Positions 18,963-28,542 of a stretch of DNA of 64,000 bases are shown here, in pieces. The position numbers and the translations under genes were made by a program. The notes beneath the pieces were generated by a model, which did not search any database, was not told the origin of the DNA, and was given only the letters and a program-made list of their open reading frames with translations. The stretch's first letter is position 1. Every line of letters begins with the position of its first letter. This stretch comes from a virus. Its lineage: Duplodnaviria; Caudoviricetes. The DNA is taken from the IMG/VR virus record IMGVR_UViG_2910013374_000001, positions 1 through 64,000 of that record; one strand, 5' to 3'.

Positions 18963-20399
18963 ATGGCTGCCTCTTCTAACCACCTCAAGCGATTGCACTC
19001 CCTGTTGCAGTCGGGCTTGTACGCAACAAAAGGGCTCGCTTTCGATGCTCTTGCCCTCGAATTCCCCGAGGTCATGGATGGCTATGGCACCCCGATGTCT
19101 GCCGAACAGAACACCCTTGCTAAGTACCGCAAGGCCTATCCCGAGGAATTCACCCCACGCCCTGGCGCTGGTGGTGAGCGCGACGATCCCGACTATCTAG
19201 ACCAGCTCTTCCTCGATTCGATTGCTGAGGAGGTCGAGCACCCGCCCAGTCCTGTCGCTGAATGGACTCTTGAGGAGAAGCTCGATGCAGCTGACCTTGA
19301 GATCCAGGTTCAGAACGTCAGGTTGGCCAAGCAGCTCCAAGGACAGCGCGACAAGAACCGCATCGAGGCCAAGTCCTTCCGTGAGCACGCCCGCGTCGAA
19401 AACGCGATCGAGGCCTATGCCCGCGAGCTAACTGCAGCCGCCAAGGTGATGCAGGAGTACATGCCGGACTACACGGTCCGCACTGGCCCCCATGACTCTG
19501 ACTCTGCCGTTGGCCTTGTTCACCTCAGCGACCTCCATTTCAACGAGCTGATCGACCAGGTCGACAATCACTACGACTTCGAAATCGCTGCCAAGCGCCT
19601 CCAGAAGCTCGCCTCTGTGGTCAAGTTGCAGGCCAAGGTCTTTGGCATCGAGAAGATCGTGATCTGCTTCGGCGGTGATCTGCTGAATTCAGATCGTCGC
19701 CTCGACGAACTCCTCTCCATGTCCACCAATCGGGCACGGGCAACCATCCTTGCGGTGCACATCCTGCGCCAGTTCGTGATGGATCTCCGCGAGGAGTTCT
19801 TTGTCGACTGCTTCGGGATCACCGGTAACGAAGGCAGGGCCAAGCAGGAACTCGGTTGGGGCGACCTCGCTGTCACCGACAACTACGACGCGATGATCTA
19901 CGACATCCTCGGGTTTGTGATGGCCGGCGATAGAGGTCTTCGCTTCCACTCCCTGAAGGGCAACGAGCAGGTGTTCCAAGTCCACCAGGAGACCATCCTT
20001 CTGATCCATGGTCACCAGGTGAACGCCGACGATCAAAAGAAGGTCCAGGCGATCATCGGCCAGAAGTCAGCCTCCATTGGCCAGCGGATCACCCACATCC
20101 TGTGCGGACACATCCACGCTTCGAGGATTGGTGACTACATCAGCCGCAACGCTTCACTCGCTGGGGCTAACGCTTACAGCGGCCAAGCACTGCAGCTGGC
20201 TTCCAAGGCAGCTCAGAACTTTCACGTGGTCGACGCCGCTCACGGCGGGAGCATGTTCGGGCTGAAGGTTGATCTCCAGAACGTCGTGGGCATCGAGGGT
20301 TATCACATCATCGAAGAGCTCGAGGCCTACAACGCCAAGAGCCATGACAAGGCCCACCGCTCGACTCATCAGATCCAGCCGATTGTTGTTGTGATCTGA
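18963..20399 (+). CDS. calcineurin-like metallophosphoesterase with N-terminal extension
   Basis: SDLH, GGD, GNE, HGH and GHIH metal-binding motifs. Confidence 0.8.
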   Translation: MAASSNHLKRLHSLLQSGLYATKGLAFDALALEFPEVMDGYGTPMSAEQNTLAKYRKAYPEEFTPRPGAGGERDDPDYLDQLFLDSIAEEVEHPPSPVAEWTLEEKLDAADLEIQVQNVRLAKQLQGQRDKNRIEAKSFREHARVENAIEAYARELTAAAKVMQEYMPDYTVRTGPHDSDSAVGLVHLSDLHFNELIDQVDNHYDFEIAAKRLQKLASVVKLQAKVFGIEKIVICFGGDLLNSDRRLDELLSMSTNRARATILAVHILRQFVMDLREEFFVDCFGITGNEGRAKQELGWGDLAVTDNYDAMIYDILGFVMAGDRGLRFHSLKGNEQVFQVHQETILLIHGHQVNADDQKKVQAIIGQKSASIGQRITHILCGHIHASRIGDYISRNASLAGANAYSGQALQLASKAAQNFHVVDAAHGGSMFGLKVDLQNVVGIEGYHIIEELEAYNAKSHDKAHRSTHQIQPIVVVI

Positions 20400-20511
20400 T
20401 CCTGTTCGACTTGGAACAAGCAAGACACCAGGAGGCCTTCGGGCCTCTTTTTTGTGTCTGTTCGGAATCGAACAGGGACTCGTAGCTTGTCCTGTCGACG
20501 CATCTCACACC

Positions 20512-20601
20512 ATGAAACGCACCTCAATCGGGCACGGCAGGCGCAAGCGCGGCTCCTACGGCAGGGGCAAGAAAAAGTACCGCGGCCAAGGACGTCGCTG
20601 A
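20512..20601 (+). CDS. 29-aa highly basic peptide
   Basis: MKRTSIGHGRRKRGSYGRGKKKYRGQGRR directly after a TCGTAGCTTGT motif; below the ORF-track cutoff. Confidence 0.6.
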   Translation: MKRTSIGHGRRKRGSYGRGKKKYRGQGRR

Positions 20602-20628
20602 TCTCTGAAAACCCCTCTCTTCACTTCC

Positions 20629-20820
20629 ATGACTGCTCCCGGACAACGCACCAAAAAGGACTGCAGTTGCCCTCCCTCTTGCGCCTACTGCGCACAGACC
20701 GGCACCTGTACTTGCCCTGATGATCACGCCCCAGTCACTGAGCTCACTTTCGAGAGGAAGTTCGAGCGCTTCTGCGAGGAAAACGAAGGCGCCATCGAGT
20801 GCCGCATTTATGAGGACTGA
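20629..20820 (+). CDS. cp12: CP12-like protein with a Cys-rich N-terminus
   Basis: C-terminal FERFCEENEGAIECRIYED matches the CP12 C-x8-C-RIY(E/D)D tail. Confidence 0.75.
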   Translation: MTAPGQRTKKDCSCPPSCAYCAQTGTCTCPDDHAPVTELTFERKFERFCEENEGAIECRIYED

Positions 20821-20823
20821 CCC

Positions 20824-21090
20824 ATGAGCACTGAATTCACTCAAGACCCTTATGGGTATGAGGGCGTCGATGTCTACACATTTGACGTCAACTTCGACAA
20901 GAAGCTCGGCTTCGACGTCTCGGAATCCTCTTCTGCTTCGCAGACGCGACTCGACGGTGAATGGTTCGTCCTAGCCACGCCCGACGAGATCTTCGGCCCG
21001 TATGCCACGAAGGCAGAGGCTGAAGCCCTGCTCACAAAAGACCGCTTCAACTCTGACGAGTCGATGGTCTTTCAGCTCTCCTACCCCTGA
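20824..21090 (+). CDS. hypothetical protein
   Basis: 88-aa ORF in the cp12-thioredoxin run. Confidence 0.55.
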   Translation: MSTEFTQDPYGYEGVDVYTFDVNFDKKLGFDVSESSSASQTRLDGEWFVLATPDEIFGPYATKAEAEALLTKDRFNSDESMVFQLSYP

Positions 21091-21095
21091 CGCCC

Positions 21096-21389
21096 ATGTT
21101 CAAGCTCTACGCCATCGTCAACTACCAGACGTGCGGCTGGTGCAAGAAGTTCCGCCCGGTTTTGCAAAGCAACACCAGGGCCATGAACCCACGCAGCCAG
21201 GCCATGGTCGAGGAGGTTGATCTCTCGACACCAGCAGGTAAAGCCAAAGCATCCGAGCTGGGCTTCTCCGGAGGCATCCCTTGCTTGATCGCCACCAAGG
21301 GCGAAACACAGGTCTACAACAAGCCTGGCTATCAGGACGGCAAGGCATTCGCGCAGACCTTGTTCACCCTCTTCTCCACTTACGTCTAA
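21096..21389 (+). CDS. thioredoxin/glutaredoxin-like protein
   Basis: CGWC active site and GIP cis-Pro motif; adjacent to the RNR. Confidence 0.8.
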   Translation: MFKLYAIVNYQTCGWCKKFRPVLQSNTRAMNPRSQAMVEEVDLSTPAGKAKASELGFSGGIPCLIATKGETQVYNKPGYQDGKAFAQTLFTLFSTYV

Positions 21390-21463
21390 CCAGTACTGGT
21401 TCGAACACGTACACCGCCTCGGCCTAGCCGGGGCTTTCTTTTCCCAATTCCTTATCCCACCCG

Positions 21464-24067
21464 ATGCAGATCGTTCTTATTTCAGCTCCAGACCGTTGCG
21501 AGCCATGCCGGGACATGGATGCGCGTATTCAGGAAGTTCTCGAACTCAAGCCCCTCACATCCGCTGGAATTCGCATCATCCACGCTGATCGTCAGGAAGC
21601 TGAGGCCGCTAAGTACAACGCCAAGGTCATCCCAACAATCCTTCTCGTAAACGAGGGAGAGGAGCTTTTCCGCGCCGAGGGCCGGATCACCTCTGTTTTG
21701 TTTGAGACCTTGGTCGATGCCGTCCTTTTGGGCACCTATGACCCCGAGGAATTCCGCGAGCACGCACCCTCGGGAAATGTGGTCTTCTATCGCACCTACA
21801 GCCGCCGCACCGAAAGCGATCAGCGCGAGACTTTCAAGGAAGCCATCCATCGCGTCGCCAAGGACATCAAGGAGCTTGGCCAGTTCACAGAAGATGAGGA
21901 AGCCCTTGTCCTGAAGCAGGCTTTGGGGCAGCACGCTCTCCCTTCAGGCCGTTGGCTTTGGGTTGGTGGCACCCAATGGATCAAGCAACAGGAGAATTTC
22001 TCCGGCGCCTACAACTGCACGAGCACCAACGTCGACAGCCTTGAAGCTTTCGGCCTGATGATGGAGCTCGCGATGATGGGCTCAGGCACAGGCGCCATCC
22101 TCGAGAAGGACATGGTGGCCAAGCTTCCCAAGATCCTGAACCGCCTCAAGATCACGAAGGTCACAGAGCTGGGCACAGATGGTGGTGACGCCGAAACCCG
22201 GATGATCGGGAAGTTCAACGAAGCAAGCGCACGAATCATCGTTGGCGACTCCCGCAAGGGATGGGTCTCTGCTTATCAGCGACTGATCGAACTGGCCTAC
22301 GACCCGAATCTCAGAGCCAGGCTGAACAAGGACGGCAACGACTGCCTCAAGGTGATCATCGATCTCTCTCAGGTTCGCCCCGCTGGCCGCAAGCTCAAAG
22401 GCTTTGGCGGAACATCCAACCCCGTCAAGTTGGGCGACATGTTCAAGAAGGTGGCCTCGCTGCTCTCCCAGGCCCAGGGCCGCAAGCTCTCAGCCGTTGA
22501 GTGTTGCCTGCTGATCGATGAAGCGGCTGCCTGCATCGTGGCCGGCAATATCCGCAGGTCTGCAGGGATGCGTCAGTTCTCCTGGGATGACCTGGAGGCC
22601 AAGGACGCCAAAGACAACCTGTACACGCAGGACGCCAAGGGCAACTGGAAGGTGGACCCGATCAAGGAAAACCTGCGCATGGCGAATCACACCCGCTGCG
22701 CTCACACCAAACCAAGCCTCGAGGACGTCAAGGCTGCGGTGACCAAGCAGTTCTTCTCAGGAGAAGGCGCCATCCAGTACGTGCCCGAGGCCATCGCCAG
22801 GTCTTCCGCTGATCTCTTCGAGACACGCGACGACATGGAGGCATTCATGGAGATGTACGAGCAGGGCTATGGCAAGGACTTTCTCTGCTCCCTGATCGAT
22901 GTCGAACGCCCCGACATGCACAAGGAAGAGAAGGAAGAAGAGTTGACCGATCGCTTGCAGCGCTATGGACTCAACCCTTGCGGTGAGATCCTTGGCCACG
23001 ACTTCCACTGCAACCTGGCCGAGGTGCACCTCAACACCATCGACCCCCGCAACATCGACGCCCAGATCGAGGCCTTCCAAGCCGCAGGCCTACAGGTCGC
23101 AGCTCTTCTCCATCACGAGTTCGCCGTCGACCGTTATGCCTACAGCCGGATGATGGACCCCATCGTTGGCGTCAGTTTCACCGGCCTGTTCGATTTCTTC
23201 GTGCACGCCTTTGGTGAGCCTTGGCTCGCCTGGATGATGGCTGGCCGCCCCAATACTCAGGAGGGCTATGAGTTCATCGAGAAAGAGAAGGGCTATCTCG
23301 GCATCTGGCGCCGTGCTGTTCACACCACGGTCAAGGAGTACTGCGAGCGTCATGACCTGAAGGTGCCTAACCGCACGACAACAGTTCAGCCCGCAGGCAC
23401 AAAGAGCCTCCTTACAGGAGCCTCCTCTGGCTGGCACCCTCCCAAAGCGCAGCGTTTCATCCGCCGGATCACTGTTGGGGCAAACGATCCCGTCGCCTTG
23501 GCTGCAATGGAGTACGGCTTCTCGGTGATTCCAGCTCAGAGCGCACGCGATGAGGAGGGCAACCTGCTCGACGACATCAACGATCCACGCTCGACCGAGT
23601 GGCTGATTGAGATCCCGACTGAGGTTTCATGGGCCAACATCCCAGGCGTTGATCAGCACGATCTGTCTCAGCTGTCAGCCGCGGCCCAGTTCGGTCTGTA
23701 CATGTCAGTTCAGACCCACTACACCGAGCACAACACCTCAGCCACCATCGAGTTCCGTGAGCACGAGATCGACCAGCTGGCCGAACTCATCCATGGCCAC
23801 ATGGGCAAGGGCTACATCAGCGCCGCTTTGCTTGCGCGGTTTGACGCCAATGCCACCTTCCCCCGTCTTCCCTTTGAACCGATCAGCAAAGAGGTGTACG
23901 ACGAGATGGTTGAGCGCGTCTCGATCCGTGGTGAGGGCTGCGAGGACTTCCACCAGGCCCTGGCCAAGCACGACAGCGCTGACTTCGAGCTGACAACCTC
24001 AGCTGCTTGCACGTCAGCCGCCTGCATCGCATCAGCGGACAGGGCAGAAGCAGAAGGCAAGGTTTGA
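21464..24067 (+). CDS. nrdJ: class II (adenosylcobalamin) ribonucleotide reductase with an N-terminal thioredoxin domain
   Basis: VFYRTYSRR, PSGRWLW, YNC, VAGNIRRSA, NPCGEI, CNLAE, TVQPAGTKS and C-terminal ACTSAAC; N-terminal CEPC...IPT thioredoxin fold. Confidence 0.93.
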   Translation: MQIVLISAPDRCEPCRDMDARIQEVLELKPLTSAGIRIIHADRQEAEAAKYNAKVIPTILLVNEGEELFRAEGRITSVLFETLVDAVLLGTYDPEEFREHAPSGNVVFYRTYSRRTESDQRETFKEAIHRVAKDIKELGQFTEDEEALVLKQALGQHALPSGRWLWVGGTQWIKQQENFSGAYNCTSTNVDSLEAFGLMMELAMMGSGTGAILEKDMVAKLPKILNRLKITKVTELGTDGGDAETRMIGKFNEASARIIVGDSRKGWVSAYQRLIELAYDPNLRARLNKDGNDCLKVIIDLSQVRPAGRKLKGFGGTSNPVKLGDMFKKVASLLSQAQGRKLSAVECCLLIDEAAACIVAGNIRRSAGMRQFSWDDLEAKDAKDNLYTQDAKGNWKVDPIKENLRMANHTRCAHTKPSLEDVKAAVTKQFFSGEGAIQYVPEAIARSSADLFETRDDMEAFMEMYEQGYGKDFLCSLIDVERPDMHKEEKEEELTDRLQRYGLNPCGEILGHDFHCNLAEVHLNTIDPRNIDAQIEAFQAAGLQVAALLHHEFAVDRYAYSRMMDPIVGVSFTGLFDFFVHAFGEPWLAWMMAGRPNTQEGYEFIEKEKGYLGIWRRAVHTTVKEYCERHDLKVPNRTTTVQPAGTKSLLTGASSGWHPPKAQRFIRRITVGANDPVALAAMEYGFSVIPAQSARDEEGNLLDDINDPRSTEWLIEIPTEVSWANIPGVDQHDLSQLSAAAQFGLYMSVQTHYTEHNTSATIEFREHEIDQLAELIHGHMGKGYISAALLARFDANATFPRLPFEPISKEVYDEMVERVSIRGEGCEDFHQALAKHDSADFELTTSAACTSAACIASADRAEAEGKV

Positions 24068-24143
24068 AGCTGTTCTAGTTCGAACAGGGACTCGTAGTTT
24101 GTAGGGCTCGCGCAGGCGGGCCCTTTTTCTTTCCTATTCATTC

Positions 24144-24449
24144 ATGAAAGCTCTTCTCCTTGTATCTGCTGGTTTGCTGCTTGGAGCACCTGCCATGGCT
24201 CTTGAAGTCGGTGTCCGTCACAGCCACGGATCCTCCTATTCCACCTTCGAAGGCCGCAGCGTCACCGACTCCCACGTCAATGGATCTGTGACTGAGCACT
24301 CCGTCTCTGGTGGTGGTGCTCGTTTGTTTGGTGGTTCAGGTGGTTTCCGCACCGTGACTGAGAACTACGGCTCAACAACGAACACTCGCGAACGTTTCTC
24401 TGGTGGTGCCAATAGCGGCTTCACCGAGTCCGCCACCTTCTCTCGCTGA
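24144..24449 (+). CDS. secreted hypothetical protein
   Basis: signal-peptide-like N-terminus (APAMA). Confidence 0.6.
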   Translation: MKALLLVSAGLLLGAPAMALEVGVRHSHGSSYSTFEGRSVTDSHVNGSVTEHSVSGGGARLFGGSGGFRTVTENYGSTTNTRERFSGGANSGFTESATFSR

Positions 24450-24490
24450 GAAGCGCTGATCTGATTTCTGACCTCTTTCCTTTCTGAACC

Positions 24491-24985
24491 ATGCACCGCT
24501 TTGCTCTTCCTTTGTTGCTCGGCCTTTCCGCTATTGGTGCGCCAGCTTTTGCTGGTGGCTCGGCACAGCAGAACTCCGTCAACAACCAGAACAACAGCGG
24601 CATGGTCAACCAGAGCCCAATAGGCGGGGTCAACCACAACACTCAGATCAACAACAACTCGATCAGTGAGTACAGCTTCGGGCCTGGGATCAACTGCCCA
24701 ACTCCTGGGCTTGCCTTCTCCTCCTCTTATGCAGGCGGGAGTGGTGGTTTCGATGGCTATTCAGCTTCTGTGTCCTATGTGATGCCGCTTGGTGGCTCCA
24801 TTGGCAGAGCTTGCAAGGAACTCGCCGTTGAGATCGCCAGGCAAAGGCAGCTCGACACCCAGGTCACGATGATCCACCAATGCGCAGGCTTTGCGGCTCA
24901 GGGCATTCAGATCGACGTTGCATCCTTTCCAGAGTTCAGCGTTTGCAGCGCTGTGCAGGTCAACGGGAACTCTGCTGTCAACTAG
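24491..24985 (+). CDS. secreted hypothetical protein (Asn/Gly-rich, Cys-containing)
   Basis: signal-peptide-like N-terminus (APAFA). Confidence 0.65.
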   Translation: MHRFALPLLLGLSAIGAPAFAGGSAQQNSVNNQNNSGMVNQSPIGGVNHNTQINNNSISEYSFGPGINCPTPGLAFSSSYAGGSGGFDGYSASVSYVMPLGGSIGRACKELAVEIARQRQLDTQVTMIHQCAGFAAQGIQIDVASFPEFSVCSAVQVNGNSAVN

Positions 24986-25087
24986 CTGTTCGAGTTAGAA
25001 CAGCAACAGGGAGCAGAAGGCACAGCCTCGGAGCCGGGTCTGCTCACACCCCCTGTCAATCCCCGGATGCTCTCTTCGCATGGCTCC

Positions 25088-25762
25088 ATGCCTACCGCAG
25101 CTCTTCTCCTCTTCTTCTCTCTCTTGGCCCCAGCAGCTACACCGTCTCGCCTCGATCAGGCCCTCTCATCGATCGGCCCAGCAACGACCATCCAGGTCAC
25201 GGTCAACCCTGAGCCAACTTCAACCCTTCGCTCAGTGCTTGCACCGCTGGCTGATCTCGTGGCCAAAGGTGAGTCCACAACCATGGGCGGATACAACGCC
25301 GCGAACCGTGGGCGTGCTTCTGACCTTGGACGCGATGGCTTGAGCGCTGTCTTTGGCGGGCGTGACTGTAGTGAGATCACCATCGGTGAAATCCTCCTGG
25401 CTCAGGGCCAGAGGCGTCTTCATGCGGCAGGCCGCTATCAAATCATCGGGATCACCATGCCCATGGCTGTGCGTTCTGCAGGGCTATCAGGTGCCGACAT
25501 GTTCAGTCCTGAGAATCAGGATCGTCTGTTCCTGGCTCTGCTGAAGAACAAGCGTCCGCTGGTGTGGCTCTACATCAACGGGTTGTCAGGCAATGGCCTA
25601 GGCGCTGCTGATGCGATGTCTCGTGAGTGGTCCTCGATCGCTTACTGGGATGGCCGCTCTTACTACGGCGGAGGAGATCGCGCCCACGTTTCGCGTGAAG
25701 AGATCCTATCTGAGTTGGAACAGACGCGAGAGCGTATGCGAAGCCATACACAACACCCGTAG
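25088..25762 (+). CDS. lysozyme-like muramidase/lytic transglycosylase (lambda R / GH104-like) with N-terminal hydrophobic signal
   Basis: GES..GGYNA, AAGRYQII, FSPENQDRL and EWSSI motifs. Confidence 0.8.
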   Translation: MPTAALLLFFSLLAPAATPSRLDQALSSIGPATTIQVTVNPEPTSTLRSVLAPLADLVAKGESTTMGGYNAANRGRASDLGRDGLSAVFGGRDCSEITIGEILLAQGQRRLHAAGRYQIIGITMPMAVRSAGLSGADMFSPENQDRLFLALLKNKRPLVWLYINGLSGNGLGAADAMSREWSSIAYWDGRSYYGGGDRAHVSREEILSELEQTRERMRSHTQHP

Positions 25763-25807
25763 TTTGTATCACCCCGAACTACCCCCGACTTCTTCCCCCT
25801 CTTTTCT

Positions 25808-26089
25808 ATGAACCGTTTCGCACTCCTTGCTGCATCTGCTGGAACCGGCGCTGCCCTCAGCCTCGCCATGGCTGTGACCCAGCCAGCTAAGGCCGGAGGC
25901 CACATCAATGGCTACGAAGTCTCCTACCTCTACGACTCCGGCAGCTACGGAACCACCGACACCATTCACGTTTATGGCCCCTCGGGCCTCGAAAAAATTC
26001 AGGTCCGTTGTGCCCCCTTCGATTGGAGCAGCTACGGCGCCAACACCGAAGCCTTTGCTGCTTCGATCGCACGTGCTTGGTGCTTCTGA
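25808..26089 (+). CDS. secreted hypothetical protein
   Basis: signal-like N-terminus after a CCGTAGTTTGT motif. Confidence 0.55.
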   Translation: MNRFALLAASAGTGAALSLAMAVTQPAKAGGHINGYEVSYLYDSGSYGTTDTIHVYGPSGLEKIQVRCAPFDWSSYGANTEAFAASIARAWCF

Positions 26090-26427
26090 TGGATCCTCAA
26101 ACCATTCAGAACTGGCCCCTTTGGGACATCATCCAGCTCTCTCGCGACGTCGCTGAAGCCCGTGGCGACACTCACATCCTTGTTCAAGTTGAAGAAACAG
26201 AGGATCTCCTCCTCCGCCTCGAGCTCCTCTACACCGACGTCCCCGCTCATGAACGCTGAAATCCGCGAACCATGGCTCGCCACCCTCTGCGAGTGGTTCC
26301 AATCCGCTGACCAGAGCACGATGCTCCGCTACCCGATCAAGCGTGATGAGTACAGCCAGGCACGCCAAACCTGTTCACACCTCGAGCGCTGCTTCTCCTA
26401 TCCCTCTGTCCTATCTGAGTTCGAACC

Positions 26428-26904
26428 ATGACTTGCTATTCACCTTTCACTTCCTGGTTTGACCGCTGCGTCGGGTCCTGGAACTCCGATCGCTCTTATC
26501 GCTACTTCACGCCCAAGGGCACCATCCCTCAGCTGATCAAGACCCGCTTCGTCACCACCCACACCGGCACCTGCAAGTACGAGGTGGCCTGGTCCTCCGA
26601 CATGGTCGACCTAAGCGGTGAGGTTCTTCGCGAGGCATCAGCAGGAACGATGCGCCTCGAGTTGTCCGGCGATCTTCTCGTCCGTGACATCGGGTACTTC
26701 TCCAAGGAGCCCACCTCCTGCCGTCTCGAGCTCGTCGACGAGGACACCGTCGTGTTCCACACCGCTTATGGCGGCTCGAAATACCGCGAGGAGATCCGCT
26801 TCATCGGAGACAACATCCGCCTGAGGCAAACGATTGGTTTCTCAGAGGAAGGGTCTCTGCAGCTGATCGGCCAGTACTCCGAAACCCGGCGAATTGATGA
26901 CTAA
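26428..26904 (+). CDS. phycobiliprotein lyase, CpcS/CpeS/CpcV (S/U-type) family
   Basis: WF....G.W.S.RSY at the N-terminus, RDIGY, T.Y....YREEIRFIG...RLRQT...IGQY.E.R at the C-terminus. Confidence 0.72.
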   Translation: MTCYSPFTSWFDRCVGSWNSDRSYRYFTPKGTIPQLIKTRFVTTHTGTCKYEVAWSSDMVDLSGEVLREASAGTMRLELSGDLLVRDIGYFSKEPTSCRLELVDEDTVVFHTAYGGSKYREEIRFIGDNIRLRQTIGFSEEGSLQLIGQYSETRRIDD

Positions 26905-26950
26905 GTCCTCAACCCACTCGCCGGAACACTCCACCACCACTACTTCTTCC

Positions 26951-28436
26951 ATGGCTGACTTCACCTACGACCAAGACCTCCACATCGTCATCAACAAGAA
27001 GGTCTATGCCCGAGCCGACTTCACTCCTGAAGCTGTTCAGGGCGTGAGTGTGATCAACTTCGCTGATCAGACATTGGCCAGCAAGGCGCAGGAGCTGAAC
27101 ATCCTGCAGCGCGGCCGGGACACCTTGGTTCGCGACCTGGTCGAGATGATGGCCCCGTTTCCTGTTCTGCACGAGATCAGCGACGAGGAAGAAGAGCGCG
27201 GGGAGGTGGACTGATGTTCCGTTTTCTCTTTCGCAAGCCACAGGCCAAGTCCTTCCGGATCTTCTACACCTGCGGCAGCTCGCACTTCTATCAACAGCTG
27301 GTGGTGAAGGCCAACAGCATGTACGAGGCGCTGAGGATCTTCGACACCGAGATGGAGCCTTGCTTCACCCGGCGTGGAGCTGAGGAGATCGTCGCGTGAC
27401 TTTGCGCCAGCGCAACTACTGCCTGGCCACATGGGACCCAGCCACCGAGATGGATGAGCTTCGGGTCCCTTTGTGTTTTGCCTTCGTCGGTATCCGCTCC
27501 AACCTCGAGGCAGCTAAGGCCCTGGGCGACAAGCTGAATGTCGAGCCGCGGCCATGGCTGGTCAAGAACCACTGGGCTGTGGCTTTCGACTATGTCGTGG
27601 GCCAAGGCGTTGATCCCTTCAAGGAGATCCACATGAAGTTGTGGGAGATGTCCGTGATGGGGATCGAGTTCGCATGGTGCACCGATCCGATGCCTGAGAT
27701 GCCGCCTGAACTCACGAAGCGGAACAACTGCTTCCAGACGCTGGAGGAGGCGCTTGAAGCTTTCGCCCGCATCAGTCCTGGTTCGAATTCTGATCTTTGA
27801 TTGTGACCCTATGACCGCTTCAACGGCTTTCATCTCCATCACCCTGTTCCTTTGCGCTGTTTGCTTCCCAGAAGAGACCTATCTGGTGGCCATGAAGATC
27901 GGCCTCGAGCTGGAGCTGATGCACCTGAACTGGAAGCTCCGCCGGATGCAGTGGAAGCTGTACAAGCAGCTCCAACGCGCTCACAAGGAGCGGGGCTGGG
28001 CTCCGTTGCCTCCCTTCAAGTTTGTCCGCATTCAGGACAGGGCGAGGAAGTGATGGGCATGTTCGACACGGTCACCAGCAGCTACAAGATCCTTGGCTGT
28101 CCCTGGGATCACGAGCTACAGACCAAGGACTTGATGTGCTCGATGGGCCGGTATTGGATCAGCCCAAAGGGTCAGCTGTACGAGATCAGCTTGAGGGACA
28201 CCGCCGACTATGTCGCCAAGCCTGAGGACGAACGCCGCGGCCCATGGGACACCCTGACCTGGTCACGCAATGGCAACCGAGGCAGGGTTCTGATCACGCC
28301 ATGGTGGGGGCCAGTCCTGGTCTATGCCTCGCAGTACTCCGGGCCATGGGAGAAGAGGCCTTGTGCTCGGCTCAGCTTCTGTGATGGCCGGATCATCGCT
28401 GTCACCACGTCCACCATGGGTGACGTCGCCTCGTAG
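26951..28436 (+). other. run of five small coupled hypothetical genes (26951-27214, 27214-27399, 27396-27800, 27811-28053, 28053-28436)
   Basis: stop/start overlaps (TGATG, GTGA) and phage-like codon use. Confidence 0.55.
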
Positions 28437-28542
28437 TTTGTTTCATAGCTGCAAGACCCACACCCAAGGGCAGGGCTCACAGTTCGGCACAAGTCAGCCG
28501 CACATGACTTCAGGAGCTCCCGAAAGGGGGCTTTCTTGTTGC

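Noticed and set aside
26089-26431. nblA or photosystem genes near the lyase
   Set aside because: The small ORFs lack an NblA pattern, and no psbA or hli sequence was recognised in the window.
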